Made by a program: the position numbers and the translations under genes. The notes beneath the pieces are model-generated. The model ran no database searches, was not told where the DNA came from, and worked only from the letters and a program-made list of their open reading frames with translations. A DNA stretch of 63,608 nucleotides, the filler included, from Corallochytrium limacisporum Hawaii (lineage: Eukaryota > Protista > Pluriformea), in the NCBI GenBank assembly GCA_002811645.1. It is 5 parts of 5 records of this genome, joined end to end, with 100 filler letters (N's around TTAATTAATTAA, not from the genome) between each part and the next. Parts side by side here need not be neighbours in the genome. Positions count along the whole stretch, not along the records: positions 33,903 to 49,830 come from PDIP01000198.1; 4 more parts are not named here. The stretch is one strand, 5' to 3'. Of the stretch, positions 33,803 through 48,800 are shown piece after piece. Position 1 is the first letter of the stretch; each line of letters begins with the position of its first letter.

Positions 33803-36800
33803 NNNNNNNNNNNNNNNNNNNNNNNNNNNNNNNNNNNNNNNNNNNNTTAATTAATTAANNNNNNNNNNNNNNNNNNNNNNNNNNNNNNNNNNNNNNNNNN
33901 NNAGCCTGGGGCTCCTAAGAGCTTCGCCCCCCCCCCCCTCCCCCCCCCCCCAGCTCGTCCTCTTTGCTCTCGTCCTCAGTAATATTAGATCTCTGGGTAA
34001 CATATGCGGTGTATTGGCCGGGGGGGGGCGGTGGAAAGAGGGGGGAAGGGAGAGGAGGGAAGGGGGGAGGACAGCAGCAAAAAAAAAAAGAAAAAGGAAA
34101 AGGAGGGAGACAAAGCCCTGGGGAATGTCTTTTCCCCTTTTTCTCCCTTTTCCCCCCTCCTCCCCACCTCCCTGCCCTTCCCTAATGGCCTCTCCGCACG
34201 TTCTCCCCCCCCTTTCCCCCTCCCCGCGTCGGTCTCTCCCTTCCCCTGATCTGTCCGTACATTCTCTATACCAAAGTTATTGGGCATGGACTACATTGTG
34301 GCATTCTTAATCAGCACGCGGTATAGAGGCCGGAGGCAACGAGAGCATTTTTAGTTCGCTCCAGAGCGTTTCAGATTCCAGGAGATCTACCCTCAGCGTA
34401 TTGAGTATAGATATATGCAGCCGATTGATCGGTTAGAAAATTTTACCAGTGATATCGCGTCAAAAAAATAGAGAGTCAGAGAAAAGCGAGATGCGAGGGC
34501 GGAAGACAACCTTCGTTTGGCAAGTCTCGCACAGGACAAGATTGGGAAAGGGAGCTGCAGAAGGCAAAAGATAGCTCTTTAATCACTTGGTTGCTGATAC
34601 TGCACAGTGCCACATAATCAGCACCGCCAAATAGAGCGGTGTAGATGAGAGACAGGTCTAGAGAATCTGTGTCTTGGATACTGCGGTTTTTCAGTCGAGG
34701 AGGGTGGACTGGGGACACGGTGGGAGGTGGGAGACAAGACGGGGGGCCCCGGGGGGGGGTGTTGAGCGAGCCAGTGAGAGTGAGAAATGTACGGCAGGAC
34801 TCTCTACCCAGAGACCAAGGTGTCACTCTCGTACCCAGTGACTCATAAGCGAGAGATTCAACGAGTCAGAGTGTCTTCTCACCACCGAGAAGAGTTTTGC
34901 GAGAGAGAGAGGGACCGGGTCTTGAAGGGCGCGAGCAAGTCTGGCAAACCCCTCCCCCCTCCTTTTTTTTCCACTTTTACATATTTTTTCTTCTCTTCTC
35001 TCTCTCTCTCTGCTTATCCCTAGGAGGCAGAGGTCAGAGGCTGTAATGGACGGCTCCTTCGCTTCGTGCGTCGAATGACTTTCTGCGGATTCTCCTCGGT
35101 TCGAAGTTTCTTCTCTGCGCGCTTCCGCGAGCGAGGGGCGTCCGCTCGAGGGGCAAGGGGTGCTCAGCAGTGGGTTTGGGGCAGGGGGGAGACGATGGAA
35201 GTGTTCCCGTTTTCCTTACCCTTATTTTCCTTGGCCACTTCCTTTTTGTACACTGTCATCATCCGCGTGAGGCCATGGCCCTCACGTTCGCTGCCCCCCA
35301 TGTTTGGGCCCCTTGAAACTGACATTGCTTGCTGCCGCGCAAATCCATGGCCCAAATATGTTTTTTTTTTTTGTGTGCGGCCAGGGCCAGATCGAGAGAG
35401 GCCTGCCACCCCGAGTGGTGCCAATTCAGGCCGAAAAGCCAAAAGTGGGCTTGTCAAGTCCTTGTTGGGGACAAGTGCAAGCATCGGCGGTTGGAGCTGC
35501 TGGGTTTCGTTTACTGCGGTATCACCTTGTGTATGGCTCCACATAACATTTTGTCAAGCCGGGGGGGAGGAGGTGGCAGGGCTTTCACTAGGGGCCTGCG
35601 GCCATTTCTCTATTCTCTCTGTTCCTCACCCGCAACGTAAACCAGCGACGAAATTGGAGAAAGGTAAAAGAAAGGACGGCGAGGACTGCGGCTATCACTT
35701 GATGAATTGACATGATGAGTAAGCATCGCAAAATTGTAATTTGCAACTCGGCCTGTGGGTCATTAAATACTTAATGATATTCTTGTTAGGCGTCATTTGA
35801 TTGAGTGTCGGTCGAGAACAGTGGTGGAACCATCGGAGATCACACAAAAAATTTACCTGCGTAGCTCGATAGATGTCCTTTACCCGTTTTTTCTTCGTCC
35901 CCCCGGTGCCAACATAGCCAACGTATGCGTTGATAATTCCATCAGGTCATTCCATCTAGTGAATTCAAGCAAGAGCCCTCCTCCCTGCTCAGGATCAAGT
36001 GATCGGTCAAATTGAACTCCGTTTGGCACCACCGCTTCCCTCCGGCCACAAGGGAGAGGTATCCTGCCACCTTTTCAACGGAGAGCATTCTGCTTGGGAA
36101 GAGACTATTGGCAACCCACCCCTCCATGCGTTTCCGCCATTAGTAGGCTCATATCAATGCAGCCGAGAATTAAGGGACGAGAATATACATATCTTCGTCC
36201 CATATGCGGCTTGGCCCGGCTGATATGCTCCTGATATTGTCAACCAAATGTGATCGACTCGACACCGAATACAGGACTCTATACGAAGCACGTATGAGAC
36301 GTCAGGCAAAAAGTGAACGGAACGAATTGAAGGCTTGGCAAGAGTTAATGGGTCAACGTGCACTACGAATATATGACAGTAAATCGGTGAACTAATGAGT
36401 ATAGGGTATGTACTTGTTTGCTTCGTGGATGGCTTGAATTTTCTGCCACTATCCACCATATCATCTATTCATCATCTACGCCGTTGATCTCTCCATCTAA
36501 TCAATCAGCACAGAGCAAGCGAAAGAGATCATCCTAGAGCGTCAAATTCATTCTGCTAGGAGATATGCCCTACAAAATATACCGCACATGAGTATAAAGA
36601 ACAATCGTCTGGAGAGTTGCAGAAAGCATCCGGTAGTCAACGCAGATGACTCTTCTCTTGGTACCTTGTTTAGCCTAGGGAGACCGCCCGGCCAAGTAAC
36701 GGTGCCATGCATGCCATGCTAGGAACAGGATCGCCGGTGTTACTTAGGGAGCGGGTTGTGTACGGAGGCGTGCTGGCCTTGGGGTGCCCAAGCACACTGC

Positions 36801-39800
36801 GGCGCACGTTTCAATTCACTCACCAGTGATTATATGAGCAAATGCTGTAGATATTGGGAGAGGTCTCATAAGGGGCTCAGCCGCGCGGGACCTTGCAAAA
36901 CTTCACTACCATTGCCAGCGCAGCAACCGATTGCTGTGGGCATGTTCTCTGTTTTTTTATCATTCACAAATTATATCTGTTTGCGCTATTCTCAGAATTT
37001 TTTATTATCCAGACACAAAAACTCGCTACCGGTGCGCTGAGCCGCCAACAAGACATGCTCTCCACCCACACATATCCATGAGGAACACACACACCTTTTC
37101 CTGGAGTGTTGCGGGGACTCTCTAACAAAAACTATGAACTCCATTTCTCGCCCCATTCTGCTGTTAACAGTAGACTGGACGGCCCAAATCGATCTCTAAG
37201 CTACAAGACGAAGTGTCCCACCCACTCGCGCTGTTTTATGAGACAGGGTGAGGAAGACGCAGAAGGCACGAGAAACGGGCAAGGGACGATTTTGCAATGC
37301 AACCAATTTTTTTTCCCCATTGTATTTCCTCCCTGCCCTACGTCTCAATTTCGATCGACTTGCTTTGTGGTCGTAATATGCTTACTTCCCCCCCGTTTTG
37401 CAAAGTCCTTGACCCAAGGAAAATAACATACATTGTCCCAGTTAGAAAATTTGCCATCATTTTCATTACTTTCTGTTTATATAACCACTGGCCTTTGTCC
37501 TTCCACGTCCTTTCTTCGTTGCTTCCTCAAGACACCACTACCAGAGCACGATTGGAACACAAATGGACACCGACGTGCGCTCACAGTCCAAATATATGTG
37601 TAGACGAAAATACTGTACGAGCGAGGTCCCACCCAAACATACCCGACACCGGTACTTGTTATCGTTTGTACAAGGAATGGAGTGGTGTGATGGTGATATA
37701 CCAACTTTAGGGATGAGGTACTCCCTATGTGCTTCTGATCTCTCTTCGATTTGATGACGGGTGGATGTGGGCGTATCTGGGTAGCAGGAAGAAATAGGTA
37801 GCTAAAGAGTAAGAAAAAAGATACGAAGCGCAGAGTCAAATAGAGAGTTAGTAGCCGACCGATGCGAGAAAGGGAAATTGTGCCACATCTAAGGGGCTTG
37901 CCCAATGAGAAACTCTAGAGGAACCAAAATAGTATAGTGAACGTTTGACAGAATGAATCACTCCGTTGTTCGTGATCGCGCGCCCAGCAAGTGTCACGGG
38001 TCCTGGGCAGCTGCCTGAGTAGCCATACATCCTTCATCTGTGAACTCCACCCACGCCAAGGCGCTTGTGGCACCCCCACACATTCTAACAAAGGCCAGCA
38101 GCTCACCGAATTTGACAAAGGATGAATGCTTGCGGACCGGCCTGATGCAAAGAATCGTCAGAATCTCTAGCATGCCTTCCACACCCAGGTGAGACGGTAA
38201 GAAAACAAACTAACTAGGATTGGGGGTGTATTGGGAGCCCTTTCAATACGTATGCCGTTCCGTCTGCTGCTCACAGCCGTGTGCTGTTCCAGTGACCGTG
38301 GATCTATGGTGATGGATGGGCGCAAACACATAGCAGTCCCGTCATGGTCCGTGTCTCGTCGCTGATGTGAAACTTACGCATTCTTGACCAGTGAATGATG
38401 CATTTGCGACGATGTCCAATTGGTGCGCCATTGCAGTTTGACGTATGTCTCCCAGGGATGTGTGATGTGGAAGCAGAGTCCCTGTCTACTCTGCGTCTGG
38501 ACAGTGTCATATTTGAACATGCCTTACCTCCCCCTTCCCCTGGGGCACACAAGAGACCCCATAGTACAGGTGATCACCAGAGATTAACATGTCACTTTCG
38601 GTACAGATTAACATGTCATTTGCTATCTTTTACCTTGAAGACACATGGCCTCCACCGCAGTATTTTATATGCCCAGTTGTATAAAATGTGTATGAGTATC
38701 TTTGTCGTTTCGTATTAGAGTGTGCGCGACCCTCGAAACGTGCTTTATCACAGAATCATTTCCAATTCACGACGTGTGTTGAGGAAAAAGGGGAAGGCGC
38801 AGTATCTGTGTGTTTCGTCCGCACACTGAAGGGAATCTGTTAACGTCCCCGACATAGATGGCGAAGTGATAATTCAAGCAACACCGCTGAGGAAATAAAA
38901 GCATCCTCATCAAGAGGCGACATATCTGATGCGATGCCGAACTCGGTAGCGTAGGAGGGCGAAACCTAAAGATACTTCACTATCACCGTGATTGGATCAT
39001 GGCGCTGGAGTTCGTGCGTGCCATATCGCTTTCATTGGCCACTTTGGTGGTGGCCCATGCCTATTTTCTTAAACAAAATGGAACTATTTGCCTATACTGA
39101 AGAAGAGGATTTTTTCTGAAACCATTTGGCATTGTGAACACGGGAGCTTCTAATTTTTGCGAGGTGGTCTTACCGGCACTTTTGTTCCGTCCCCCACTCT
39201 CTCCCCCTTCTTTAGACTTTGTTCTTCACGGATTCCTTTCGTTCTTTAATGTCTTAGTGAGAAAAAGTAAGTAAGGGGGGGTTGTTTGAGCACCATGCAT
39301 AGCATATGGCTCTTTTCCCTTCCAGCTTACCCAGTGGTGGCCCAGAACGAAAACGCCTAAGGGCCCGACCTGTCTTCCTCGCCGAACTCGACGGAAGAGG
39401 CAAGACCCCCATCGGAAGGCCCGGCCGAATGGGTTTTCGTAGTGCAGTGTTTCCACTGTTCCACTGATGGTTCGCACCCTAATCTCTTGTACGGAAAAGC
39501 AGAGCTAGGCAACAGTGGATGTTTAGTAGTAGCAGTGTGGTATTGGAATGGGGTCGTATTGCCGATGAGGGGCTGGCTCTGTCTGGTGCGCTTGGCGAAA
39601 AGAGCGTGCGTTGGTGCTTGATGATTGGACATCAGATGGAGATAAGGAAAATGAAAACAGAGACTGGGTTTGAACCCGACACGTCGGCGTGCTGAAATAA
39701 AATCAGTGAAAGAATTTTTCCTTTTGCACAGACAGCACTGGCCAAGTCAGCAGAATTTGCAGCAAAGCTACACAGCGTTTCTGCAGCCTCACATGCCATG

Positions 39801-42800
39801 CATGAAATTTCTGCACCGCCGAACAAGGAAAAGGAACACTTGCAGAATTTATGTCCTTTCCATCATCGTTGCTTTGCCCGCCATTGGCGATTTTAGAGTA
39901 TGAGATACTGCGGAGATTTGCATATATCCGTTAGGAATTCGCACCCGTTTGAGGAAAACCAACGAAAAATATACGACCCAGACTCACCACCACACACGGA
40001 CGCTGTTGGACACCGTCCATGTTTGGGCCCCTTTCGAGTCCGACCCCTGCTGAGTACATGTGTGTGCCTTTGCTGCAATAGGCACCATCGCGCCACCGCG
40101 AGAACGGGTTTGGGGGGGGGGGGGGTTGGAGTAGAAAGTTCTGTGATTTGAGGGTTTGGCGATGGTTTCTAAGTCTGACTTAGACGGGGGGGGACACGGA
40201 TGTGAGGGCGGGTACGATTGCCTAGTGTTGTTCCGACTGAGGAAGATATAGGTTAACCCCAGGTTGTCCCTTTTGTTTTTTTTTGTTCGTTCTGATAAGA
40301 ACGCAAGATAAAAAATGTGATGTTCCCAAGATAATACTGTTCTTCGATCCAACGTCTTGCGTTCTAGAGGGTAGTCCAACAAGGACAGGTGTCAGACGTC
40401 ACTCGCCGCATAGTTATTAATGTTAGCGATTTTCGATCGCAAAGAGTGCCACCCTGGGCGCATTGCCTCATCTCAGTCTTGATCGTGAGCGACGTGGAAT
40501 CCAACATCCCTCCCCGATTCCTTAATCAGTGAGGAGAACGTTCTCGTAAAGATACGTGTTGATATCGGATCAAGTGTCTTCTGAGTCGGTACGTTTTGGA
40601 TCATTGTACTTGGTGGTGTACATTACTGATGGCTTCAATGCGCTGTACCGATCTGCACTAAATCTCCTCGGAGCAAGCGAGCCTTCGCTGACCCTGTGGT
40701 TCTTTCTGCAACTGTTCGGAAATTCCGTGCAGAGATAGCTGTGGATGGGACGACCAAAAATGGGGGGAAGTTTGCGTTCTCTCCCTTTTCGCAAGGTTGG
40801 CTGAACGATTTAGCATGTGTTGTTGAAGTGGATGTTGTTAGCCTTCCGGCGGAATTCAGACGAAACGAAACGGGGTTCTAGCAGAAATAGAGAGGCATAA
40901 CACATAATCGCGGGCAGAATAGACAGGTCAATTCTTTTAAAATCATCCCCCTTTGCATCAATATGGTTATTGTTTGCGGGGCAACGCTTCACCTGGTGTC
41001 CCCAATCTACGCCGGCCTGATATTGTGTCAAATTTCATTTGTCCTTTTTCTGTTGTAGATTTGTATAGATACAGGTACGTACCGTTGTACACAAGCAGTG
41101 TATGGGGTTTTCAGACAGATTAGGCTTGGTATTGCTTGGGAGCAAGTAACTCTTCTATTCTTTCTGTGTAACTTACTCGCTCGAGGCGGGTTCGAGATTG
41201 GTCGGCTCTCCCGGTTTGTGTGCACGAACAAACAAACCAGGTTCTTTTGTGTTGGTATTAGAATAACTGGCATTGGAATAAGTGGTGAAGGAAATCTTTT
41301 CATGCGAATGGGGAGAAGGGGGGAGGGGGGCACTGGACAAACAAGTCCACAGCCAAGCATTCGTTGTTTAGGGAGAGTGTGGCTAGGGGTGTGGGGGGNN
41401 NNNNNNNNNNNNNNNNNNNNNNNNNNNNNNNNNNNNNNNNNNNNNNNNNNNNNNNNNNNNNNNNNNNNNNNNNNNNNNNNNNNNNNNNNNNNNNNNNNNN
41501 NNNNNNNNNNNNNNNNNNNNNNNNNNNNNNNNNNNNNNNNNNNNNNNNNNNNNNNNNNNNNNNNNNNNNNNNNNNNNNNNNNNNNNNNNNNNNNNNNNNN
41601 NNNNNNGGGGGGTGGTGGAGGAGGAGGGTAGGGGCGGGCAACTGGAGATCGTTTCAGTCACTGGGCACACAGCAACAGAGGAGGGGGTCAGAATGACTTG
41701 CATTGGCAAGATATCGAAAAGAAACTGAGCAGGAACATTTGCTGAGATCTGGGTCAAAGTGCGTAAAACTGCCAAGTAGCACCGGCCCCTCTCCCCAGCC
41801 CACGTACCTAAATCCTAAAGAATGCGTTGCCGCACACAGTCAGTCGACTCAGAGAAGCCAGAGGAGGAGAAGAAAAAGGAGAGTTCTAAAGTCCACACCC
41901 GCGTAGCCGTAGGTACGCATCCAAGATTGTGACACCCCTCCAACATGGCGAAAAATCACGAAAGAAGTACCATGGACAATCGATGGGGCTCGATGGCTCG
42001 GTTCAACTATGCCTGTTCGTTCCAATCCCCCGCTCTACAGAGGGGAGGCGGATGAGATGAGTAGCAAACGAGAAGAGATTTCACGAACGGTTGCTCAGTT
42101 TCTCTGCTCCTCTTAGCGGGTGCACAGTAGCAGCCTTCAGTTTGATTAGTCATTGTGAGTGACAGCTTGCCGCTTTTAGCTGTGCTAGTGGGCGAGAGCT
42201 GGGTTCTTTGGTTTGTTGCGAGAGAACGGAATGGGAAGGAAATCAAGCGCGAAACCGAAATTGACATAGCGAGCGGCATCACTCTGTCGTTAGACTATCA
42301 CAGAATCTGCTGGGGCGCGTAGTTGATCGCAGGGTACCCCGTGATTTAAGTTGCCCGCAAAGCTTGCTGTTCAGTGACGAGCAGGTTTTGCGGTAGCGTA
42401 CTCGATCGAGAAGCAATAGAATAAGGCAACACTGGACTTGCTTTATTAAACTTTCGAACGTTGACTTGAAGATTGTCTAAGACCCATGCACAGCAACGAC
42501 TCGCTATTATTTTCGGTGGACACAAGCCATTGGCCGCAGAAAGCCCGCTAGTAGCAACTCGCCAACGTTACTCTGAGCTGCGAAGTACGTACCCAGCCAA
42601 TAGGTTGCTGTTGTGTATTTTCAATACATGTTGTAGATCTCCTAGATGGGGAGTTTTGCCTGGTGCGGAAGCCGAAGAACAATTATAAAAGCAATTTTTT
42701 TTCCCAAACCTCAATGGCAGGGGCTGAATATACGTATTACTGCCCCTCTGTCGCCCCGCTGCGCCTGGCGGTGAGTTTCTGTCGCGAGCGAGAAAGGCAA

Positions 42801-45800
42801 GTAGAGACGTACCAGAACCCGGCCGCGGGTTCTGGCTCGTCCACAAATCTATGCAGAAAGAGTGGGCGGACGGGAGTGGTTCTTCCTTTATTTGTTTTGT
42901 GGAGGGGGGGGGAGAGGAATGCCAATTCAGAATTTTTGGACCCACTGCAGAATATTGTGACTATGGAGAAAGAAGCACCCAGGCATCCAGGTCCCACCGA
43001 GGAGGAACTGAACCAAACAGAAAAATAACGGCAGGTAACGCAAAACACGAACGAAGAAGAAGCCTGAGTGCAGCGAGGACGCAAATAAAAATACCAACAA
43101 AAGAGGAAAACACCGCAGAAGAGTTTCTGCCGCGGCCGAACAAAAAACTGAAACAGACGAGATTCCCTGAGCAAGCGTAGGTTTCGTACCCAGCAGATTC
43201 CCACTGCGTAGTAGACGAGGGGCGACACATGGGGGAGGGGAGGGGGGGGGGGAAGGAGAACGGGTTTAGAGTCGAAACGCACAGAGATGCACCTGCAGAA
43301 AGTTTGCAGTGTCCGAGTCATGGAACTAAACTAACTATCCAGGTATCTCCTACCTTCCGTTTTCGGCAAGTTGTGAATTGTTTTGGGAAGCAAGACGTGC
43401 GTTCTTGACGAAATTTTCGCAAAGAAAAAAAAAAAAGAAAAAGGGACGATCGTGCCCTCACTGGGGGGTGGGGTGGGCCTGTGGGGTAAACTGTCTGCAT
43501 TCATTTTCCTTCGTTTTGTTGCAGACTGGGATCCGACGCACCCAGAGAATGTGGAAGCGCGCACATTCCCGCCACATGGCATCTGAGGGTTTTTCTTCTT
43601 TCCAGCGACGACTACCACTACTCTCTCTCTCTCTCTCTCTTTCTTCGGTCTGTGGACAACCAGGCAGTGAACAGAGGGCCAAATCATCCATCCGTGCCGC
43701 GAGAATAGCAAAATGCTATCTCTCGGTGCCCCGCTTTTTCTATAGTTAATGCATTGGGAGCCTTCAGTGGCATGGATCTTACCGCGCGTGCCCAGAGAGG
43801 GGGGCCCGTCTGAGTCAGAATGAACACTACGCAAACCTCTACTCGCATAGGTTCACTACGGCCAACCAGCTGCCTCTGCTATCCCACCGCCCGAGAGTGC
43901 GACACAAAAAAACCTCACCTCACATGCAGGATACATGTGCAAGAGAAAGTACCGCAATAACACTAGAGGACGTGGATGGTTAAAGCCCACGTTGAATGGT
44001 CCAGAAACGTTTCATAGGATTGCCAATCGAGTGGAAGGCGACGGTGACGAAGGCAAAAGCGGTCGGACAGGGCAAGAGGATAGACCAGAAAGGTGAATGA
44101 TCCACAAATGTGGGGTTGAAACTGAAAGTAGTTGGATAGATGCGACTCGTGGTTCTCAGCATTCGGTACTTGCGGACAGATTACGGATGGGTCCTCAGCT
44201 CCCCTTTCTACTGCTCCTTGTCCCTGCGTTCCACACCACGTAGATGCCGATATGGACCCCAAGCGGACGGATCGGATGATGTCGCCCCAATACCAATGTC
44301 GAGACGGTCAAAAAGGGGCGCACCGAGAGCGACACAGAGCGAGAGAGAGAGAGAGACGGCCATGGAGAGTGTGCTGGCGCAGCTCACGTTCTGGATCTCT
44401 CTCGATGAGAATTCTGCCAACTTTCCTTCCATAGTGTGTAGAAAGTCCTCTGTTTTGTTCTACAGCTTATACGCAGGAGTCACATGTGTGTTCAGTGATG
44501 TATTTGGGGACTGCGATGCCAAATTGGTAACCCAGCGGATGTTTAGGGATGGGATAGCAGATCGGACGCACGGGTAGGGATTAAGTACACGATGCGAGGT
44601 GAGTAAGAAACGGTTCTTTCACTGGCAGATCTCGAAGACACAGAGGACGTAGATGATGTCTTTGCCACAATAGAAACCGGTCCTTCCCCAAGCATCCCTG
44701 CATACCACACGCGAACGCCGACGTAAGCGAGCGCACACACATACACACACAAACACAGACAGGACACAACGTGCTGAAGACGCGCGCGGTAGTCAATTCC
44801 ACATCCGCAGAATAAAGAAACAGTCCCTGCCCAGCCCTCCCTCCGTACGGTTCGCATGCGGCGCTTTGAAACACCCCCCCTTCCCTTTCTGAAATCTCCT
44901 GGTGGCTGGTGCTTGTTATTCCCCGCTCGGATGTTATTACTGCGGGACCTCCCTTATTTCCCCTATTTTTTTTTTCATTTGGGGAGACCGGTTCTTTTTG
45001 TTTTTTTTTCTCTCTTTTTTTTTTTGCTAGCCCGCCCCACCCGTGTTCTCTGACGGAAGTGTCAAAACGAAACTCCCCCCCCCTCCTCCTCCTCTCCCCT
45101 CATGGGCGGAATGTGGTTCCCCGTGTGCCCTTCTCGCCTTGCTTCTTCTTCTCCCTCCCGGGAGAGGGGGGTGGACAGGGAACTGTCCCCACTGGGGTTT
45201 GCCGCAAGTGCCATCAGGAGAGAACCCAGAGCCCCTTCCACCAGCAGACCTAAGAAAGTATCTCACCTCACGGTTTCTCTCCCCGCACGCACACGCACCC
45301 GCACACGCACCGGGGCGGCGGATGAAGCGGTTGCCTTTTTGTGACAGTGAGGACGCCAACGGTGCAAGCCAGCAACAACGGAAAAGACGTGATGAACACC
45401 AAGCTCCGGATGGATTGAACGATGTCGTCAACGACGCTGGGTCCAGCAAAACCCGCTACCCTCGAGCCGCTCTCGTAGCACTCTCTTAACCCGCTTCCCT
45501 GTCAGAGCTCAAAAGAAAGCTCACCGGCAACCAAAAATGTGGCGAGGGCGTCGTCTCTACTTTCCTGCTTTCTTTTTTTTTTTATATATCTTCTTGCCTT
45601 GTAATTTTTTGCCCCCCCCCCCCCGCTCTTCTCTACTCGCCTTCTGTCGTTGCAAAGAACGTGCACGGAAGCCCAGGGCGGTGTTCTCTCTGCTCACTCT
45701 TGCGACGGCTGACGTACGTTACCGGCACACTTGCGGAAAGTGGTACCGACTGATTGCTGTTGCTCGGGTGGGGGGCCTTGGCAGAAGCGTTGCAAAGCAG

Positions 45801-48800
45801 CACACCATCACCAAATCGTCGTGGCTACAACGCACAAGGCAAAAGGAATCCTCTCGCACCTGCTTCACACACCAGGAGCGGAGACGAGAGGAGGAGGAGA
45901 GACGATGACAAAAAGGAGCGCGATGGGAGGACATGGACGATTTGAAGGGCACCATCGCACCAGCACAGAAATTGAAATTCAGATACTGACCCACTGTAGG
46001 TGTACGACGATCTCCCACTCTGACAGCTTGCCAACATTCATGAGAATCAAAACCCAATTGGGCACGTCAACCGCAGATCATGGAGACGTGGCCACCACAT
46101 CTGCTGCTGTCATGCTTCGCCTGGCTTACCCTACCTGGTCCAAGCATAGTGGATCGCTCTCTGCGGCTCAGCAGCCATATCTTCAGCATCCCTAGAGATC
46201 CAACGCACTTCCACCAAGAAGCGAGCGAAAACATGCTGTCGTGCACAACGTCACACGGCGAGGAGTCTTGTCGCTTTATCCGGTCTGTGGAACAGGTTGC
46301 TGTTGCGTAGCCAACTAGAGAAGCCTGTCCTTTCACGCACGCAGGCCGAGAAGATAGCGAAAGAGGAAGGTGTCGGCCATGTTCTGGATGCTCCTTGACT
46401 GGGTGGAGATGGATCATATTCGTTACGAAGGATAACGTGGGTCGACACAGGCACCCTGGCACCTAAGCATACATATATATCTAAACGGATGACACAAGAC
46501 CTACAGGTCGCAAGGCAAAAAGCCAGCGCATGCCAGACAGACTGGATGGAAGACCGTAGCTGTCATTCAAGGACATTCTTGTCACAACCGTCACCAGACG
46601 GAAGAAGAGGACCGCATTTACCGCTAAGCCCACCACGAGCGGCACAAGAAACAGTTGAAGCACGCACTCGCAAGAGACCAGGACAGAAGCATAATCCTCC
46701 CCGCAGCACAATTCATTCTAACTGCATTCATACGCGAAGAAAGCAGCGAGAGACACCAAGCGGAAAGGCTACAGTTTCGATCAACACACGAGCAACTCTA
46801 TGAACGCGTTAACGGAGACGGGGTGTAGCTCATGAACATGGGCGGACGACCGGCACGGATTGGGATACGAGGAGAGATCAAAGAGGAGATCCGACGTCCT
46901 CCTCCTTGTTGGTCCCTCGCTGGGGTTTTCCTTATCTTTCCGGTGGCCCACGGTAAGGAACATGGTATCTGTCTGCATCAGGAGCGAAACTCCCCGACCG
47001 AACTGAAGCCGTTCGACCCTCCCCAGGGGAGAAGGAGACGGGGAAGGGGGTTAACGTAGACTGGGTTCTGAAAAGGGTGTGTAGGGGTAATAGAGCTGAG
47101 CTCTCCGAAGGGTGTGGGGTGCTTGGCGCCGAGCTGGCAAAAGAGCGCATTGTCACCTTTATCGCCATATTTGATAGATGCCCTTTGGCATGATTGCGTG
47201 GGGGCTGATGACTGATGTGGCGTAATCCACTGCTCGGTGATGATGCGGTCCTCTGGAAGGAGAGATCTCTTGCAATCGTTTGCATAGTTCACCACTTGCT
47301 TATCCGCCTGATTACAGTCCACGTCCATGTGTATTCAGCCCCAACATGCCGCCCTTGAGTCAGCCTCAAATACGATGAATGGGACCTGAATGTGCACAGG
47401 TGACCGCTTTTTACATCTTACTCCACGACACGCCCACCCTTCAGCTGCGTACCACATACATATTTGTGTGGACACCTGTCTGTGTGGGGCTTGTGGCCGT
47501 CGTAGTTGTTAATATGTGTATGGTTCTTTAGATGGTTGCTACAATACTCCGCTCCTGCAAATCTTCTTGTCAGTACAAAAGGATGGATGCTGTCGACCGT
47601 GTCAAGTTTGGGGAGTAACCACGTAGGGTGCGAATAGTAATGGTATATTTGTTTGAACACAGGGTATTCTTCGTCCTCTCCGCATAGAGTTCCCCCCGCC
47701 TCTTCTCGCGTTCCGTATACAGAAGGAAACAACCGCAGGAGGACGCCGACTTTCAACGTCTCTGACCTGATCTCCTCAACGACCATTGGGATAGTCAGAC
47801 TCAGCAGAGGTTCAGCAACATGAACAAGATCGCGGAAGTACTGGTGTGCGTTAGGGAAAATACATGACTGATGAAGCATGCTGATTGATACGGAGGATAA
47901 CGATACGTAGTGTGGTGAGAGACATGCGGACTGTATGATTGATGACATTGGCAGGGCATGCTCCACACATCCGGGGCTTGTCCCCTGCCCATTGTTGCTT
48001 CGTTTTCGAAGAGGATGTACTGGTCCAAGGCCACGCCGCCATGCTCAAGGTACGGGAAGTAAAATTTCTTCAGCATCGTTGACTTCTCCATGCGATAGCG
48101 AGGTTTTCTCTGTGTGCGACATCAGCTGTGGTCGGGCTGCTATTTCGTCCACTGACGTTGGTCATGCACAAAGTGCGAAGATTATGGTACACCCTTATCT
48201 GCGTTAACATTCTATAGTATAGATAGCAATATACATATTTGACATTGTATATTAATGTGTGTGTGTGTGTGATGTGCACGGCAGACATTCGCGCTCACCC
48301 GCGCGAAGGCGTCGACGGCTGTGAGACCGCCGGTTAACGCCGACCGCTGCCGTGCTGCCTAGACGGCTAAGAGTGGATATATCAGAACCAGTCAACCCCT
48401 GTGCTGGGTGAACGAATTAAACATTTGACCGGAGCGTGGTCATCCTCCATGACCAGAATGCAAAGCATAGATTTTGGCAACAACGGTTCAAATTGTGGGC
48501 CAAATGAAGGGATTGCACAAACCAGATGTTTAGGGGTTCAGTTATTATGAGAGAAGGGCTCCAAAGGAACTGATAGTTCCGCGAGCACAAGAGCGATGAC
48601 TCAATTCCGAGGAGCCTGCTGGGTTTCCGGGATCCAGTGTCCCACCTCTTCGAATATGGAGGACCAAATCACCCTCTTAGTCGACAGCTTCCGGGAATTT
48701 CTAGGTTTGCGGTATGGCGCACCAATACCGGAATGTGATTCCCTCCACTGAACCCACCGTTAGGTCGGAGTTCGGCCCATTGATTATCGGCTCTCGATAC

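Noticed and set aside
31692-35710. Many Gly/Pro/Lys/Phe-rich ORFs in homopolymer regions
   Set aside because: Low-complexity artefacts of poly-G/C/A tracts and N gaps
39660-39720. B-box-like GGGTTCAAACCC on the minus strand
   Set aside because: No tRNA cloverleaf or A box can be built around it
47340-47400. VPFIVFEAD resembling a Polinton polB exonuclease motif
   Set aside because: Too short and imperfect; no other polB motifs seen
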